Source: Deltaproteobacteria bacterium (lineage in GTDB: Bacteria; Myxococcota_A; Polyangia; Polyangiales; Ga0077539). Taken from it: a stretch of 64,000 bases of DNA. Each line of letters opens with the position of its first letter. Position 1 is the stretch's first letter. A program made the translations under genes and the position numbers. The DNA lies in the NCBI GenBank assembly GCA_947477565.1, contig CANJUR010000008.1:14265-78264 (forward strand), in the 5' to 3' direction. The notes beneath the pieces are model-generated. The model was not told where the DNA came from and did not search any database. It saw nothing but the letters and a program-made list of their open reading frames with translations. Shown piece by piece: positions 1 through 8,969 of the stretch.

Positions 1-171
1 CTTCAGACACGAACTTACCTGCTATTCGCCCGCTGGTACGACGACGACGGCACCGCCCGCGCTCACTGGCATCTGTCGCCGGAGACCGACGCGCTGACGC
101 GGCGGGTGCGCGAAGTCTCGGGAATCATCGACCCCAACGCCCCGCGCGAGACAGTCATCCAACAGAACTAG
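1..171 (+). CDS. 3' end of an unidentified CDS (partial, begins left of window)
   Basis: Frame 1 is open from the window edge to TAG at 169-171. It has strong G/C third-position bias (...LFARWYDDDGTARAHWHLSPETDALTRRVREVSGIIDPNAPRETVIQQN*). No family recognised. It overlaps the convergent ABC gene end by 17 nt. Confidence 0.45.
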   Translation, partial: LQTRTYLLFARWYDDDGTARAHWHLSPETDALTRRVREVSGIIDPNAPRETVIQQN

Positions 172-2029
172 GGACCGCTGTCCCCGCGATTGCATCCGCG
201 GGCTCGGTCACGAACTGCAGTCGGTGGAGGCGAGCGTAGACGCCACCGAGGTCCATGAGCGCCGCGTGGTTGCCGTGCTCGACGACCTCACCGCGAAGCA
301 TCACCAGGATCTCGTCGGCGTGTCGGATCGTGCTCAAACGATGCGCAATCACGATAGCCGTGCGGCCGCGCAACGTTTCGGCCACCGCACGCTGCACCGT
401 AGCCTCGGTCTCGGAGTCAAGACTGGCCGTGGCTTCATCAAGCACGAGCACCTCGGGGTCGCGGTAAAGGGCACGCGCGAGAGCGATGAGCTGACGCTCG
501 CCGCTGCTGAAGTTGGCGCCGCGCTCGCCAACAGAGGATTTCAACCCCAGGCCACGGCGGATGAGCAGGTCGAGCAGGCCGAGGCGACGCGCGATCTCTT
601 CCGCGCGCTCTTCGTCGGGGTGCTCCTCGCCCGGGGACATATTTGAGAGCACGTCGCCCGGGAAGAGCACGACGTCCTGGGGGACGACCACCACGCGGCG
701 GCGCAGCGTCTCCCGAGGCAGCGCGCGGATGTCCGTCCCATCGAGGAATACCGCGCCCTCCCCGACCTCGTAGAGGCGCTGGAGCAGGGAGATGATGGAC
801 GTCTTGCCCGCACCTGTGGGCCCCACAATCGCCAGGGTGCGCCCGCGCGAAACCTCGAAGCTAACCCCTCGAAGGGTCGGGCGATCGGGCTTGTAGCCAA
901 AGTGAACTTGCTCGAAGACGACGGTCGCGGTGGGAGCCGGGCGGTCGCCGCGGGACGGGACCTCTACCGAAGGTGCATCGGGCTCAGGCTTGTCGAGCAA
1001 GCCGAAGACGCGCTCGGCGCCCGACATCGCGTTCTGCAGAATGGTGAACTTCGAGGAGATCTCGCGGAGGGGCTCGAAGAAGCGCTGCACGTACTGCACG
1101 AAGGCGACGAGGACGCCGAGGGAGGTCGCTGGCTGGTTCTGATCGAGGGCCCAGGCGCCGGCGAAGAGCAGCGATGCGATGCACACCGACGCGAAGGCAT
1201 CGACGATCGCGTAGAGCATCGCGTCGTAGCGAATCGCAAGCTGGTTGGCTTCGCGGTACGCGAGGTTGATCTCCCGGAATTCCTCCTGGCAGCGCTGCTC
1301 CTGCGCGAATGCCTGCACGACCGCGACGCCGGTGACCTGCTCGTTGAGGTAGGCGTTCATCCGCGCGGTTTTGGTGCGGATGGCGCGAAAGGCGTCTCGC
1401 GCACGGCGGCGGAAGCGGTCGACGAGCCAAGCAAGCGGCGGTACCGCAAGGAAGGTGAGCAGCGAGAGATGCGGCGAGAGCACCAGCATCGCAATCACAA
1501 TGCGCGTGAGGGTGATCACGTCGCCGACCGCAGTGACGGCGCCGGAGGCGAAGATTTCACCCATGGCATCGACGTCGTTGGTGACGCGCGTGACGAGTCG
1601 GCCGATGGGCTGCCGATCGAAGAACGCGATGCGTTGCCCCTGGAGAAAGCGAAACACCTCGCGCCGCACGTCCGCCATGCTCCGCTGACCGACCACCTGC
1701 AGCAGGTAGCCGGAGACGAAGCGCACCGCGAACTCCGCCACGATGAGAGTCGCGAGCGTGACGGATCCGCGGTGCACAGCGGAGACGTCCCCACGGCCGA
1801 CGCCATCATCGATGATCGCGCGCATCGTGCGGGGCTGCGCGACCAAGAGCTCCGATCCAATGGGCAGCAGCGCCATCGCGAGCAGCAGCGACCCACGGTA
1901 GGTCTTCACGAAGGGCCAGAGCCGCTTGAGGAGACGAGCGTCGTAGGTCTTCCCTAAAGCGTCCTCTTCGTGAAAGACCCGCTCGGCCTCCGCGGCGCTG
2001 CCCTTCGGGCCCGGCTTCGGGTCGCTCAC
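155..2029 (-). CDS. ABC exporter, fused permease/ATPase subunit (MsbA/MdlB-like), partner B of a heterodimer
   Basis: 624-aa ORF with an N-terminal six-helix-type TMD. Walker A is GPTGAGKTS, Walker B is LVLDEATASLD, and the H-loop is AHRLS. The signature is atypical (FSSGERQ). Its start overlaps the upstream gene stop by 4 bp. Confidence 0.9.
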   Translation of the reverse strand: MSDPKPGPKGSAAEAERVFHEEDALGKTYDARLLKRLWPFVKTYRGSLLLAMALLPIGSELLVAQPRTMRAIIDDGVGRGDVSAVHRGSVTLATLIVAEFAVRFVSGYLLQVVGQRSMADVRREVFRFLQGQRIAFFDRQPIGRLVTRVTNDVDAMGEIFASGAVTAVGDVITLTRIVIAMLVLSPHLSLLTFLAVPPLAWLVDRFRRRARDAFRAIRTKTARMNAYLNEQVTGVAVVQAFAQEQRCQEEFREINLAYREANQLAIRYDAMLYAIVDAFASVCIASLLFAGAWALDQNQPATSLGVLVAFVQYVQRFFEPLREISSKFTILQNAMSGAERVFGLLDKPEPDAPSVEVPSRGDRPAPTATVVFEQVHFGYKPDRPTLRGVSFEVSRGRTLAIVGPTGAGKTSIISLLQRLYEVGEGAVFLDGTDIRALPRETLRRRVVVVPQDVVLFPGDVLSNMSPGEEHPDEERAEEIARRLGLLDLLIRRGLGLKSSVGERGANFSSGERQLIALARALYRDPEVLVLDEATASLDSETEATVQRAVAETLRGRTAIVIAHRLSTIRHADEILVMLRGEVVEHGNHAALMDLGGVYARLHRLQFVTEPADAIAGTAVPSSVG

Positions 2030-3819
2030 ATCGCCTCCAGTTCGGCCTCGAGCGCCTGGCGCTCGACGAGACGCGCGTAGAAACCCCCGCGGGCGATTAG
2101 CGCATCGTGTGTGCCCGTCTCGACCACTCGTCCGGCGTCGAGGACGACGACTTGGTCGCAGCGTGCCGCCGCCGCCACGCGGTGGGTGACGAGCACGAGC
2201 GTGCGCCCGCGCGAGGCCTGATCGATGGCATCGAGAATCGCGGCCTCGGTGCGCGTGTCCACCGCGGAGAGAGGGTCGTCGAGCACCAGAACCCTGGGCC
2301 CAGCGAGCAGCGCGCGCCCCAGAGCAACCCTCTGTTTCTGTCCGCCGGAGAGTTGTACGCCCCGCTCACCGACGATGGTGAATGCCCCCTCTGGCATCGC
2401 ATCGACCTCGGCCAACAACTGAGCGGAGCGGAGCGCCGTACGCACCTTCTCGCGCGTCGCGGGCGCATCCGGGTCGAGCTCCGCGAACGCGACGTTGCGC
2501 GCGATGGTAGTAGAGAAAAGGAAGGGTTCTTGCTGGGCGAGACCGACAACGGCGCGCAGCGTCGCCAACGGGATACGGGTGATGTCGTGCCCATCCAGGA
2601 AGACCGCGCCTACCGGAGTCGGGAGCATGCGGGCCAGCAGCCTCGCCAGAACGCTCTTGCCCGAGCCCGTTCGTCCAACGATCGCCACGCGGTGGCCCGC
2701 CGGAACCTCGAGGCTGACACCCTCGAGGACCGTGCGGCCGTCGATCGCGTAGTGCAGGTCGCGCACCGCGAGGGCTCCCTCGATGGACGAAGGCTCGACG
2801 GGCGTCGCATCGACATCATCGACGTCGGGCGAGGCCTCAAGGACGTCTAGCAGGCGGTCTACCGAGGCGCGGCCGCGCTGGAGAATCGACAGAAGATAGC
2901 CAAGTGCGATGGTGGGCCACGCGATGAGCGCGAGGTGCGACTGAAACGCGAGGATGTCGCCCACGGTGAACGTCGATGGGTCGGTGATAATCTGCGAACT
3001 GCCGACCCAGACAACGATGAACGATGACATCGCACCGGCGAGACCGAGCACAGGGAACATCACGCCGCGCAGCCGCGCGAGCGCAAGGTTGGCCTCAAGG
3101 GAGCGGTCGATGTCCTGGTTGAAGCCGACGCGCTGCGACTCCTCGAGGCCATACGCGCGCACCACACGCATGCCCGAGAGAACCCGTTGGACACGCTCGG
3201 ACATGACCCCGAGGGACTCCTGGGCGGCCCGACTGCGGGCGAACATCGCGCGACCGAAGCCCTGAGTGAGGAAGATGAAGACAGGGAACGGCAGCAACGC
3301 GAGCGCGGCGAGGCGCGGGTTGCGCATGAAGATCAGCGGGATGTTGACCACGTAGGCGAAGACGGCGTTGACGAGGTTGAGACCGCCGAAGCCAACGAGG
3401 AGACGCACCTGCGCGAGGTCGCTGGTGGCGCGGGACATCACTTCACCAGGACCCATGCGCTGGAAGAACGAAGGGCCCAGGCGGTGGAGGTGCGCGAGGA
3501 GGCGTTCGCGAAGGACGAATTCGACTTCGCGTCCAGCGTTGAATACGCGCAATCGGGAGGCCACGCGAAACCACGCCCCCGCCGCGGCGAGGGCCGCGAT
3601 GGCGAGCGCGAAGGCCATCGCGCGGGGTGCATGCGAGGCGCGCAGAGCGTCGGAGGCTCCGCGAATGCACTGCGGAATGGCTCCGGCGGTGACCGAACTG
3701 AGCGCGAGGAAGACCCCACCGATGACGACCTCCCGACGCTGATTGACGAGGAGTTCGCGCAGGAGGGACCACGCCCGTCCCGGGGGGCGCTCGACGAGGA
3801 CGGAGGGAGCGGCGCTCAT
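2026..3819 (-). CDS. ABC exporter, fused permease/ATPase subunit, partner A of a heterodimer
   Basis: 597-aa ORF. Walker A is GRTGSGKS and the signature LSGGQKQR is canonical. Walker B is VLVLDDPLSAVD, with Asp in the usual catalytic Glu position. The H-loop is THRV. Confidence 0.9.
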   Translation of the reverse strand: MSAAPSVLVERPPGRAWSLLRELLVNQRREVVIGGVFLALSSVTAGAIPQCIRGASDALRASHAPRAMAFALAIAALAAAGAWFRVASRLRVFNAGREVEFVLRERLLAHLHRLGPSFFQRMGPGEVMSRATSDLAQVRLLVGFGGLNLVNAVFAYVVNIPLIFMRNPRLAALALLPFPVFIFLTQGFGRAMFARSRAAQESLGVMSERVQRVLSGMRVVRAYGLEESQRVGFNQDIDRSLEANLALARLRGVMFPVLGLAGAMSSFIVVWVGSSQIITDPSTFTVGDILAFQSHLALIAWPTIALGYLLSILQRGRASVDRLLDVLEASPDVDDVDATPVEPSSIEGALAVRDLHYAIDGRTVLEGVSLEVPAGHRVAIVGRTGSGKSVLARLLARMLPTPVGAVFLDGHDITRIPLATLRAVVGLAQQEPFLFSTTIARNVAFAELDPDAPATREKVRTALRSAQLLAEVDAMPEGAFTIVGERGVQLSGGQKQRVALGRALLAGPRVLVLDDPLSAVDTRTEAAILDAIDQASRGRTLVLVTHRVAAAARCDQVVVLDAGRVVETGTHDALIARGGFYARLVERQALEAELEAM

Positions 3820-3867
3820 GATGCTGGCGTCAGCCTCGAAGGGAAAAGCACGGGTGAGGGGGGCAAA

Positions 3868-4464
3868 TCAGGGAGCATCGACGCACGAAGCGTCACCGAG
3901 CAAGCCTGCGTCGTCGGCCCCGCTGGTCACTGGGAGGCAGCGACCGTGTCCGTCGGTTCCAAGAAACGCGGTGTCACACACAAAAAACCGGGGACAGTCG
4001 CGCGGGCTGTCGCACGCCGGGGCGCAGTAGCCCGGGCCGCCATCGCACGTCTTGTTTACACAGTCCCTGCCGCCGCAGTCGAGGCGATCATGACACCGCG
4101 GCACGCAGACCCTCTCGGACTCTCCGAGGCACTGCTCACCGACCGAACAGGTGCCCTCGCAGCGAGTCTGAAGCGGTACCCGACACACCCGAACCACGTC
4201 CGTGTCCTTACCGGCGGGCAGGCCCGCGTCGTCGCGACCGCGGAAGTCGAAGCGGCCGCAAACCTCCGTGCCGGAGCAATCCCCATCCGCAGAGCAGCGC
4301 GACACGCACACCGCTTCTCCGGTGGAGCGTTCGAGGCAAAGCCCAGTCTGGCATTGGGTACCTGCGGTGCATCGGGAGCCGCGGGGGTACCGATCGTCAG
4401 CACAGGCAGAGAGAATCGAGAGGAATGCGATGGTGAGCGTGGCAATTCGAAACCGCCCACCCAT
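3868..4464 (-). CDS. cysteine-rich lipoprotein, function unknown
   Basis: Signal peptide with lipobox (TIAFLSILSAC). I hand-count 23 Cys in 198 aa. The motif C-x3-C-x5-C-x4-6-C recurs three times (CVSRCSADGDCSGTEVC / CVPRCHDRLDCGGRDC / CAPACDSPRDCPRFFVC). It starts 9 nt after the rplS stop. Confidence 0.75.
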   Translation of the reverse strand: MGGRFRIATLTIAFLSILSACADDRYPRGSRCTAGTQCQTGLCLERSTGEAVCVSRCSADGDCSGTEVCGRFDFRGRDDAGLPAGKDTDVVRVCRVPLQTRCEGTCSVGEQCLGESERVCVPRCHDRLDCGGRDCVNKTCDGGPGYCAPACDSPRDCPRFFVCDTAFLGTDGHGRCLPVTSGADDAGLLGDASCVDAP

Positions 4465-4473
4465 CGGGTGCGA

Positions 4474-4851
4474 TCAGGAAGCGGAAGGGCTCTTGTCGCG
4501 AGCGTCCTTCAGACGGGCGGCCTTCCCCTGGAGGTCGCGAAGGAAGTACAGGCGAGCGCGACGCGTGACGCCGTGTGCGATGACTTCGATCTTGTCGATG
4601 CGCGGGCTGTGCACCGGGAAGATGCGCTCGACGCCGACGTTGTAGGAGATCTTGCGGACGGTAAACATCGCGCCGACGCCGCCGTTGCGGATGCGGATGA
4701 CCTGGCCCTTGAAGACCTGGATGCGCTCCTTTTCCCCTTCGGCGACCTTGTAGTGCACGTTGACCGTGTCGCCGACGCGAAAGGGAGTGAGCTTGTTGTC
4801 GGCGATGCGCTGAGTGTGAAGCGCTTCAATCTTCGGATTCTGGCTGCCCAT
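4474..4851 (-). CDS. rplS: 50S ribosomal protein L19
   Basis: The sequence [52 protein letters not shown]...[16 protein letters not shown] is typical L19. I placed the start at the internal ATG (4849-4851, MGSQNPKIE), not the 172-aa track ORF. Confidence 0.93.
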   Translation of the reverse strand: MGSQNPKIEALHTQRIADNKLTPFRVGDTVNVHYKVAEGEKERIQVFKGQVIRIRNGGVGAMFTVRKISYNVGVERIFPVHSPRIDKIEVIAHGVTRRARLYFLRDLQGKAARLKDARDKSPSAS

Positions 4852-4940
4852 GGCGTCTCTCGGGTTGAAGAGCGAAGGCTCTTTGAGGGAGCGCAAGGAA
4901 TCATCGCAGGCACTTGTTGTCAAGCTGAGCGTGATTCCAA

Positions 4941-7900
4941 TCACGGCGGACGCATCGAGATCGAGCGCACCTCGCGCAGCGCGGCTTCGCACTCTTCCAA
5001 CAGCACCCGGTTGTCGGTAGTTCCGGCCTTGGTGAGCGCCTCGCGGAGGTAGCGGCGGGCCTTGTCGGTCTGCCCCTCGGTGAGCGCGAGGCGCCCGAGG
5101 AGCCAGCGTGCCTCGATGCCATCCGCAGGGAATCCCTGTGCATCAAGCGTCACCAACGACTGCTCCAGGCGCGCCCGCGGCACGGCCCGATCGGCTCCCT
5201 CGCGGGACGCCTCCAGGAACGCCAGGTACCCGTCGGCCCTTGCCGCGATTCGCACGTAGCCACGCGCTACGGCGATGCCGCGAGCCTCGGTAAAGGCAGC
5301 ATATCCGCGCGGCGCATGACCGCTGCGCCACTCCGCCTCGCCCAGCACCATCGAGGCCGCGCAGAGCCCCAGCGCGCGATCGACCTCCCGCGCGAGATCG
5401 ACTGCCGCCTGCGCAGAGGCCACTGCGGGACCGAGATCACGGAGCCGAAGGAGAACCTCGGCGCGGGTGCGCGCGACCTCTACGAGCAGTCTGCGATCCA
5501 TGGGTTCTTGCGCGCAGAGCGCATCGATTTCGGTCAGTGACGCCCGTGCGGCCACGGCGTCGCCGCTGGCCGCCTGACAGCGCGCTGAGGAGGCCAGCGC
5601 ACGCACCTGCTCCGAGACGAGACCTATTTCGGACGCCAGGTGCGCCGCATCCTGGAGATACTTTTGCGCGCGTCCGAATTCACCGCGGTCTGCGTGCATG
5701 GACCCAAGCGCGGAGACGACCATCGCGCGAATCGCCTTGTCCCCAGAGAGCTCCGCGAGCGCGAGCGCGCGCTCGAGGTGACGGATCGCCTCGACGACCT
5801 GTTGCCGACGCGCGAAAAGTCGGCCCTGGACAAGCACGAGGCGCGCGATGGCGGTGCGCTCGTTGCGCTCCTCCGCGAAGGCGATGCCAAGCTTCAGGCG
5901 CTCGAACGCGAGGTCCGTCGAGCGCGCCGCGAGGGAGGCGTCGCCGAGTGCGATGTAGAGCGAGAGCACCAGTGCAGGGTCGGGCTCGCTGCCCGCGAGC
6001 GTGAGGTCAATGGCCCGCGCAAAGCTCCCTACGGATGCGTCCGGGGCATGCTCGCGGAGCTGCCGACGCGCAGCACGCATCCAGCAGTCAATGGTGCGAG
6101 GGCGGTCTCCCGCGAGGTCGTAGTGACGGGCCAACCGCTCGGCGAACTGATCGACGCGGTCGGGCAGAAACTGCTCCGTCACCGCCGCGACGGTGGCGTG
6201 CAGGCGGCGACGAACATCTTCCGGGAGGCCGTCGTAGAGCACCTCGCAGAGCAGGTCACTGCGGAAGCGAAACTCCCGCGTGCCCGTGCGCTCAAGCAGG
6301 TCTTTCGCGACCAGTGATTCGAGCACCTCCTCGACAAGTGTCTCCGGCATTTCCGCGGTGCCGAGTAGTTGTTCGGTGGCGAGGCGCGAACCAATCACGG
6401 ACGCTACCTGAAGGATGCGCCGCTCTGCGGAGGGGAGACGCGCGACCCGGCTCGCGGTGAGGCCACGCAGGGTGCGGGGAAGCTCTGCGGGGACACGGTC
6501 TTGACGGTAGACCACTCCCTCCGACGTGACACTGAGCGCGCCGGCCTCCCGCAACGCTTTGACCAGCTCGATGAAAGCGAACGGATTGGCTCCAGACCGC
6601 GCCGAGAGGTCGTCGATGAGATCGATTGGGCTCGGCAGATCTGTGCTGAGCGTCAGCCCCAGAAGTTGGCGGAGATCGTCCTCGGTCATCGGGTCGAGCA
6701 GCACCTGTTCGGCGTTTGCACTGGCCTCCCACGGGAAAGCGCGCCCTGGGCGTCGCGCCGTGACGACGAGTGCGCGTGCCTTGTTCGCGCCCTCGATCAC
6801 ATCGGCGAGGAGCGTCACGGACAGGTCATCCAGGTGCTCCGCGCCGTCCCAGCAGAACACCGAGATGCGGTCCTCGGAGAGCCGCGTCACGATCTTCTGA
6901 AGAGCGGTACGCAGCGGGCGCGAGGCGGACTCCAGGGACTCCATCGTCGCGCTGACGATGCCGAGCACCACCCCCACGGCGAGCATCTCCTCTGGGGTCA
7001 GCCCGAGTTCGCGCACTCGGCGAGCCTTCTCACGCATGACGCTCTCGCTGTCACCGTCCTCGATGCCCAGGAGGGACCGAAGCATCCCCTGGAGGCCCTG
7101 CAGTGGCACCTCGCGTCCGTACGAGAGACAGGTCGCGCCGTACCAGGTGACCGGATGGTTCATGCGCCGGAGACGGTACTGAAGCTCTTCCAGGTAGCGG
7201 GTCTTTCCGATGCCCGCCTCGCCGACGACGGTCACCGTCAGAAGACCTTGATTTGCAGCGGTGGCGAGCAGTTCGCCGAAGCGTCTGAACTCGAGCCGAC
7301 GACCCACCACTCGCTGGCGTCCAGGATCCTTTCGGCCCACCAGTTGGAGTGCATCAATGTGCCCGAGCGCGATCAGTTCGAAGCGCTCGCTGAGCACCCC
7401 CTCGGTGGACGCGTCGCCGAGCGCTGCGCCGGGTACCTCACCGGCGAGTTGGTCCGCCGTGGTGATGCTCTCCGCCATGCGGTCGTCGATCACCGGGCGG
7501 CCATCACCGTCCACTTCGATACGCGCGCTGGTAAAGCCTGCACCGAAGACGATCCCGTCGGGCGCCTCAGCGATGATTCGCAACGAAACCGCGGCGGCCG
7601 TCTCGGTGTCCCGTCCATCCGGCGCGTCTATGCCGAAGAGAAAACGGACCCGCCCTGGAGCACGAGAGAGTTCCGTGCCTCCGCGCCGGTTCGCGAGCGT
7701 GGCGACGGCGTCGATGACCCGCTCCGGAACCGGCGCACTCCCGCGCGAACGGGTCGCGTGCAACGAAAGCACCGTCACGTCGCGACGCTCGGCAAGGGAC
7801 CGCAGTGGCCCCGCACGCAGCGCAGCGACCTCTACCTCGACCTCCTCGACCTCCAGCAACTCGACGTCCTCGTCCGGGTCGATGAAGGCGTCGCGGATCC

Positions 7901-8855
7901 GATTGAAATCCACGGGTGCAGCCGGGGCATCCTGCGTCGAGCGGAGCCATTCCGCGAGGTCCGAGGCGCCGACCCTTCGACCCAGGGTGTAGAGGAAGGC
8001 AGTAAGTTCCTCGTACACCTTCGCAGCGTTGGAATACCGGTCCGCCGCGTTCGGAGCCATCGATGTCTCGACCACGTGGAGCAACTCATCGGGCACCTCG
8101 GGCCGCAGCGAACGGAGCGGTGTCGCGTGACCCTCGAGCACGCGCTCAAGCACCTGCTTCGGGTCCGACGCAAACTCCGTCGACGGCGCGAAAGGGTTCT
8201 CTCCCGCCAGGATTTCAAACAGCGTGACTCCGAGAGAATAGATGTCCGCGCGCGCATCGACGGCCTCGCCGCGCGCCTGCTCCGGGGGCATGTACGCGTA
8301 CTTACCGCGCACGGTGCCGCCAGCCTCCACGGTGGAAGCCGCCTTCGCGATGCCGAAGTCCGTGACCTTCACTTCCCCTTCGCGCGACAGAAGAATGTTC
8401 TGCGGAGAGATGTCCCGGTGGACGATACCGAGGTTGCGACCGCGAGCGTCCTTGCGACGGTGCGCGTAGTCCAGGGCACGCGCGACTTCGCAAGCGATGA
8501 GCACCGCGACCTCAACGGGCACCGCCCGACCATCCCTCCGGCAGCGCCGCAGTGACTGCGCAAGGTCGGAGCCGAGCACGTACTCCATCGCGATGAAGTA
8601 GGTGTCCTCCTCGCGACCGAGGTCGAACACCTGCACGATGTTCGCGTGGGACAGCGCGACGGAGAGCCGCGCCTCGTGCAGGAACATATCTACGAAGGAC
8701 TGGTTCAGCGCTAGCTCGGGGAGGATGCGCTTGAGGACAACGACTTTCTCGAAGCCCTCCACGCCATAGCTTTTGGCCTTGAAGACCTCTGCCATTCCCC
8801 CACGCGCGATACGTTCAAGAAGCTGATACCGCCCGAACAGAAGCGGGGACTCCAT
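4941..8855 (-). CDS. multidomain Ser/Thr protein kinase (kinase, degenerate cyclase-homology-like region, P-loop AAA/STAND ATPase, TPR-like C-terminus)
   Basis: Hanks kinase motifs are present: [32 protein letters not shown]. Downstream are an [10 protein letters not shown]...GG...FG segment resembling a class III cyclase fold, the P-loop [16 protein letters not shown], and about 600 aa of helical repeats. I chose the start at [13 protein letters not shown] (ATG 8853-8855). The 1528-aa track ORF has an Arg-rich antisense-type extension. Confidence 0.88.
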   Translation of the reverse strand: MESPLLFGRYQLLERIARGGMAEVFKAKSYGVEGFEKVVVLKRILPELALNQSFVDMFLHEARLSVALSHANIVQVFDLGREEDTYFIAMEYVLGSDLAQSLRRCRRDGRAVPVEVAVLIACEVARALDYAHRRKDARGRNLGIVHRDISPQNILLSREGEVKVTDFGIAKAASTVEAGGTVRGKYAYMPPEQARGEAVDARADIYSLGVTLFEILAGENPFAPSTEFASDPKQVLERVLEGHATPLRSLRPEVPDELLHVVETSMAPNAADRYSNAAKVYEELTAFLYTLGRRVGASDLAEWLRSTQDAPAAPVDFNRIRDAFIDPDEDVELLEVEEVEVEVAALRAGPLRSLAERRDVTVLSLHATRSRGSAPVPERVIDAVATLANRRGGTELSRAPGRVRFLFGIDAPDGRDTETAAAVSLRIIAEAPDGIVFGAGFTSARIEVDGDGRPVIDDRMAESITTADQLAGEVPGAALGDASTEGVLSERFELIALGHIDALQLVGRKDPGRQRVVGRRLEFRRFGELLATAANQGLLTVTVVGEAGIGKTRYLEELQYRLRRMNHPVTWYGATCLSYGREVPLQGLQGMLRSLLGIEDGDSESVMREKARRVRELGLTPEEMLAVGVVLGIVSATMESLESASRPLRTALQKIVTRLSEDRISVFCWDGAEHLDDLSVTLLADVIEGANKARALVVTARRPGRAFPWEASANAEQVLLDPMTEDDLRQLLGLTLSTDLPSPIDLIDDLSARSGANPFAFIELVKALREAGALSVTSEGVVYRQDRVPAELPRTLRGLTASRVARLPSAERRILQVASVIGSRLATEQLLGTAEMPETLVEEVLESLVAKDLLERTGTREFRFRSDLLCEVLYDGLPEDVRRRLHATVAAVTEQFLPDRVDQFAERLARHYDLAGDRPRTIDCWMRAARRQLREHAPDASVGSFARAIDLTLAGSEPDPALVLSLYIALGDASLAARSTDLAFERLKLGIAFAEERNERTAIARLVLVQGRLFARRQQVVEAIRHLERALALAELSGDKAIRAMVVSALGSMHADRGEFGRAQKYLQDAAHLASEIGLVSEQVRALASSARCQAASGDAVAARASLTEIDALCAQEPMDRRLLVEVARTRAEVLLRLRDLGPAVASAQAAVDLAREVDRALGLCAASMVLGEAEWRSGHAPRGYAAFTEARGIAVARGYVRIAARADGYLAFLEASREGADRAVPRARLEQSLVTLDAQGFPADGIEARWLLGRLALTEGQTDKARRYLREALTKAGTTDNRVLLEECEAALREVRSISMRPP

Positions 8856-8969
8856 CACCACATGCCTTTGGACTTTGGATCCCGCCGCGTGTGCTTGCGC
8901 CCGGGTCGCTGGCATCATACCCCGAGGACGCGCTGCGCCTCTACCCGTCGCGCGCCCCCTGAACCCATC

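Noticed and set aside
3187-8555. Long + strand ORFs (3187-5052, 621 aa; 6369-8555, 728 aa) antisense to the ABC, rplS and kinase genes
   Set aside because: They are Arg/Gly/His-rich and low in complexity, with no motifs. They lie opposite genes that have unambiguous family signatures. This is the typical stop-codon-poor antisense frame of high-GC DNA.
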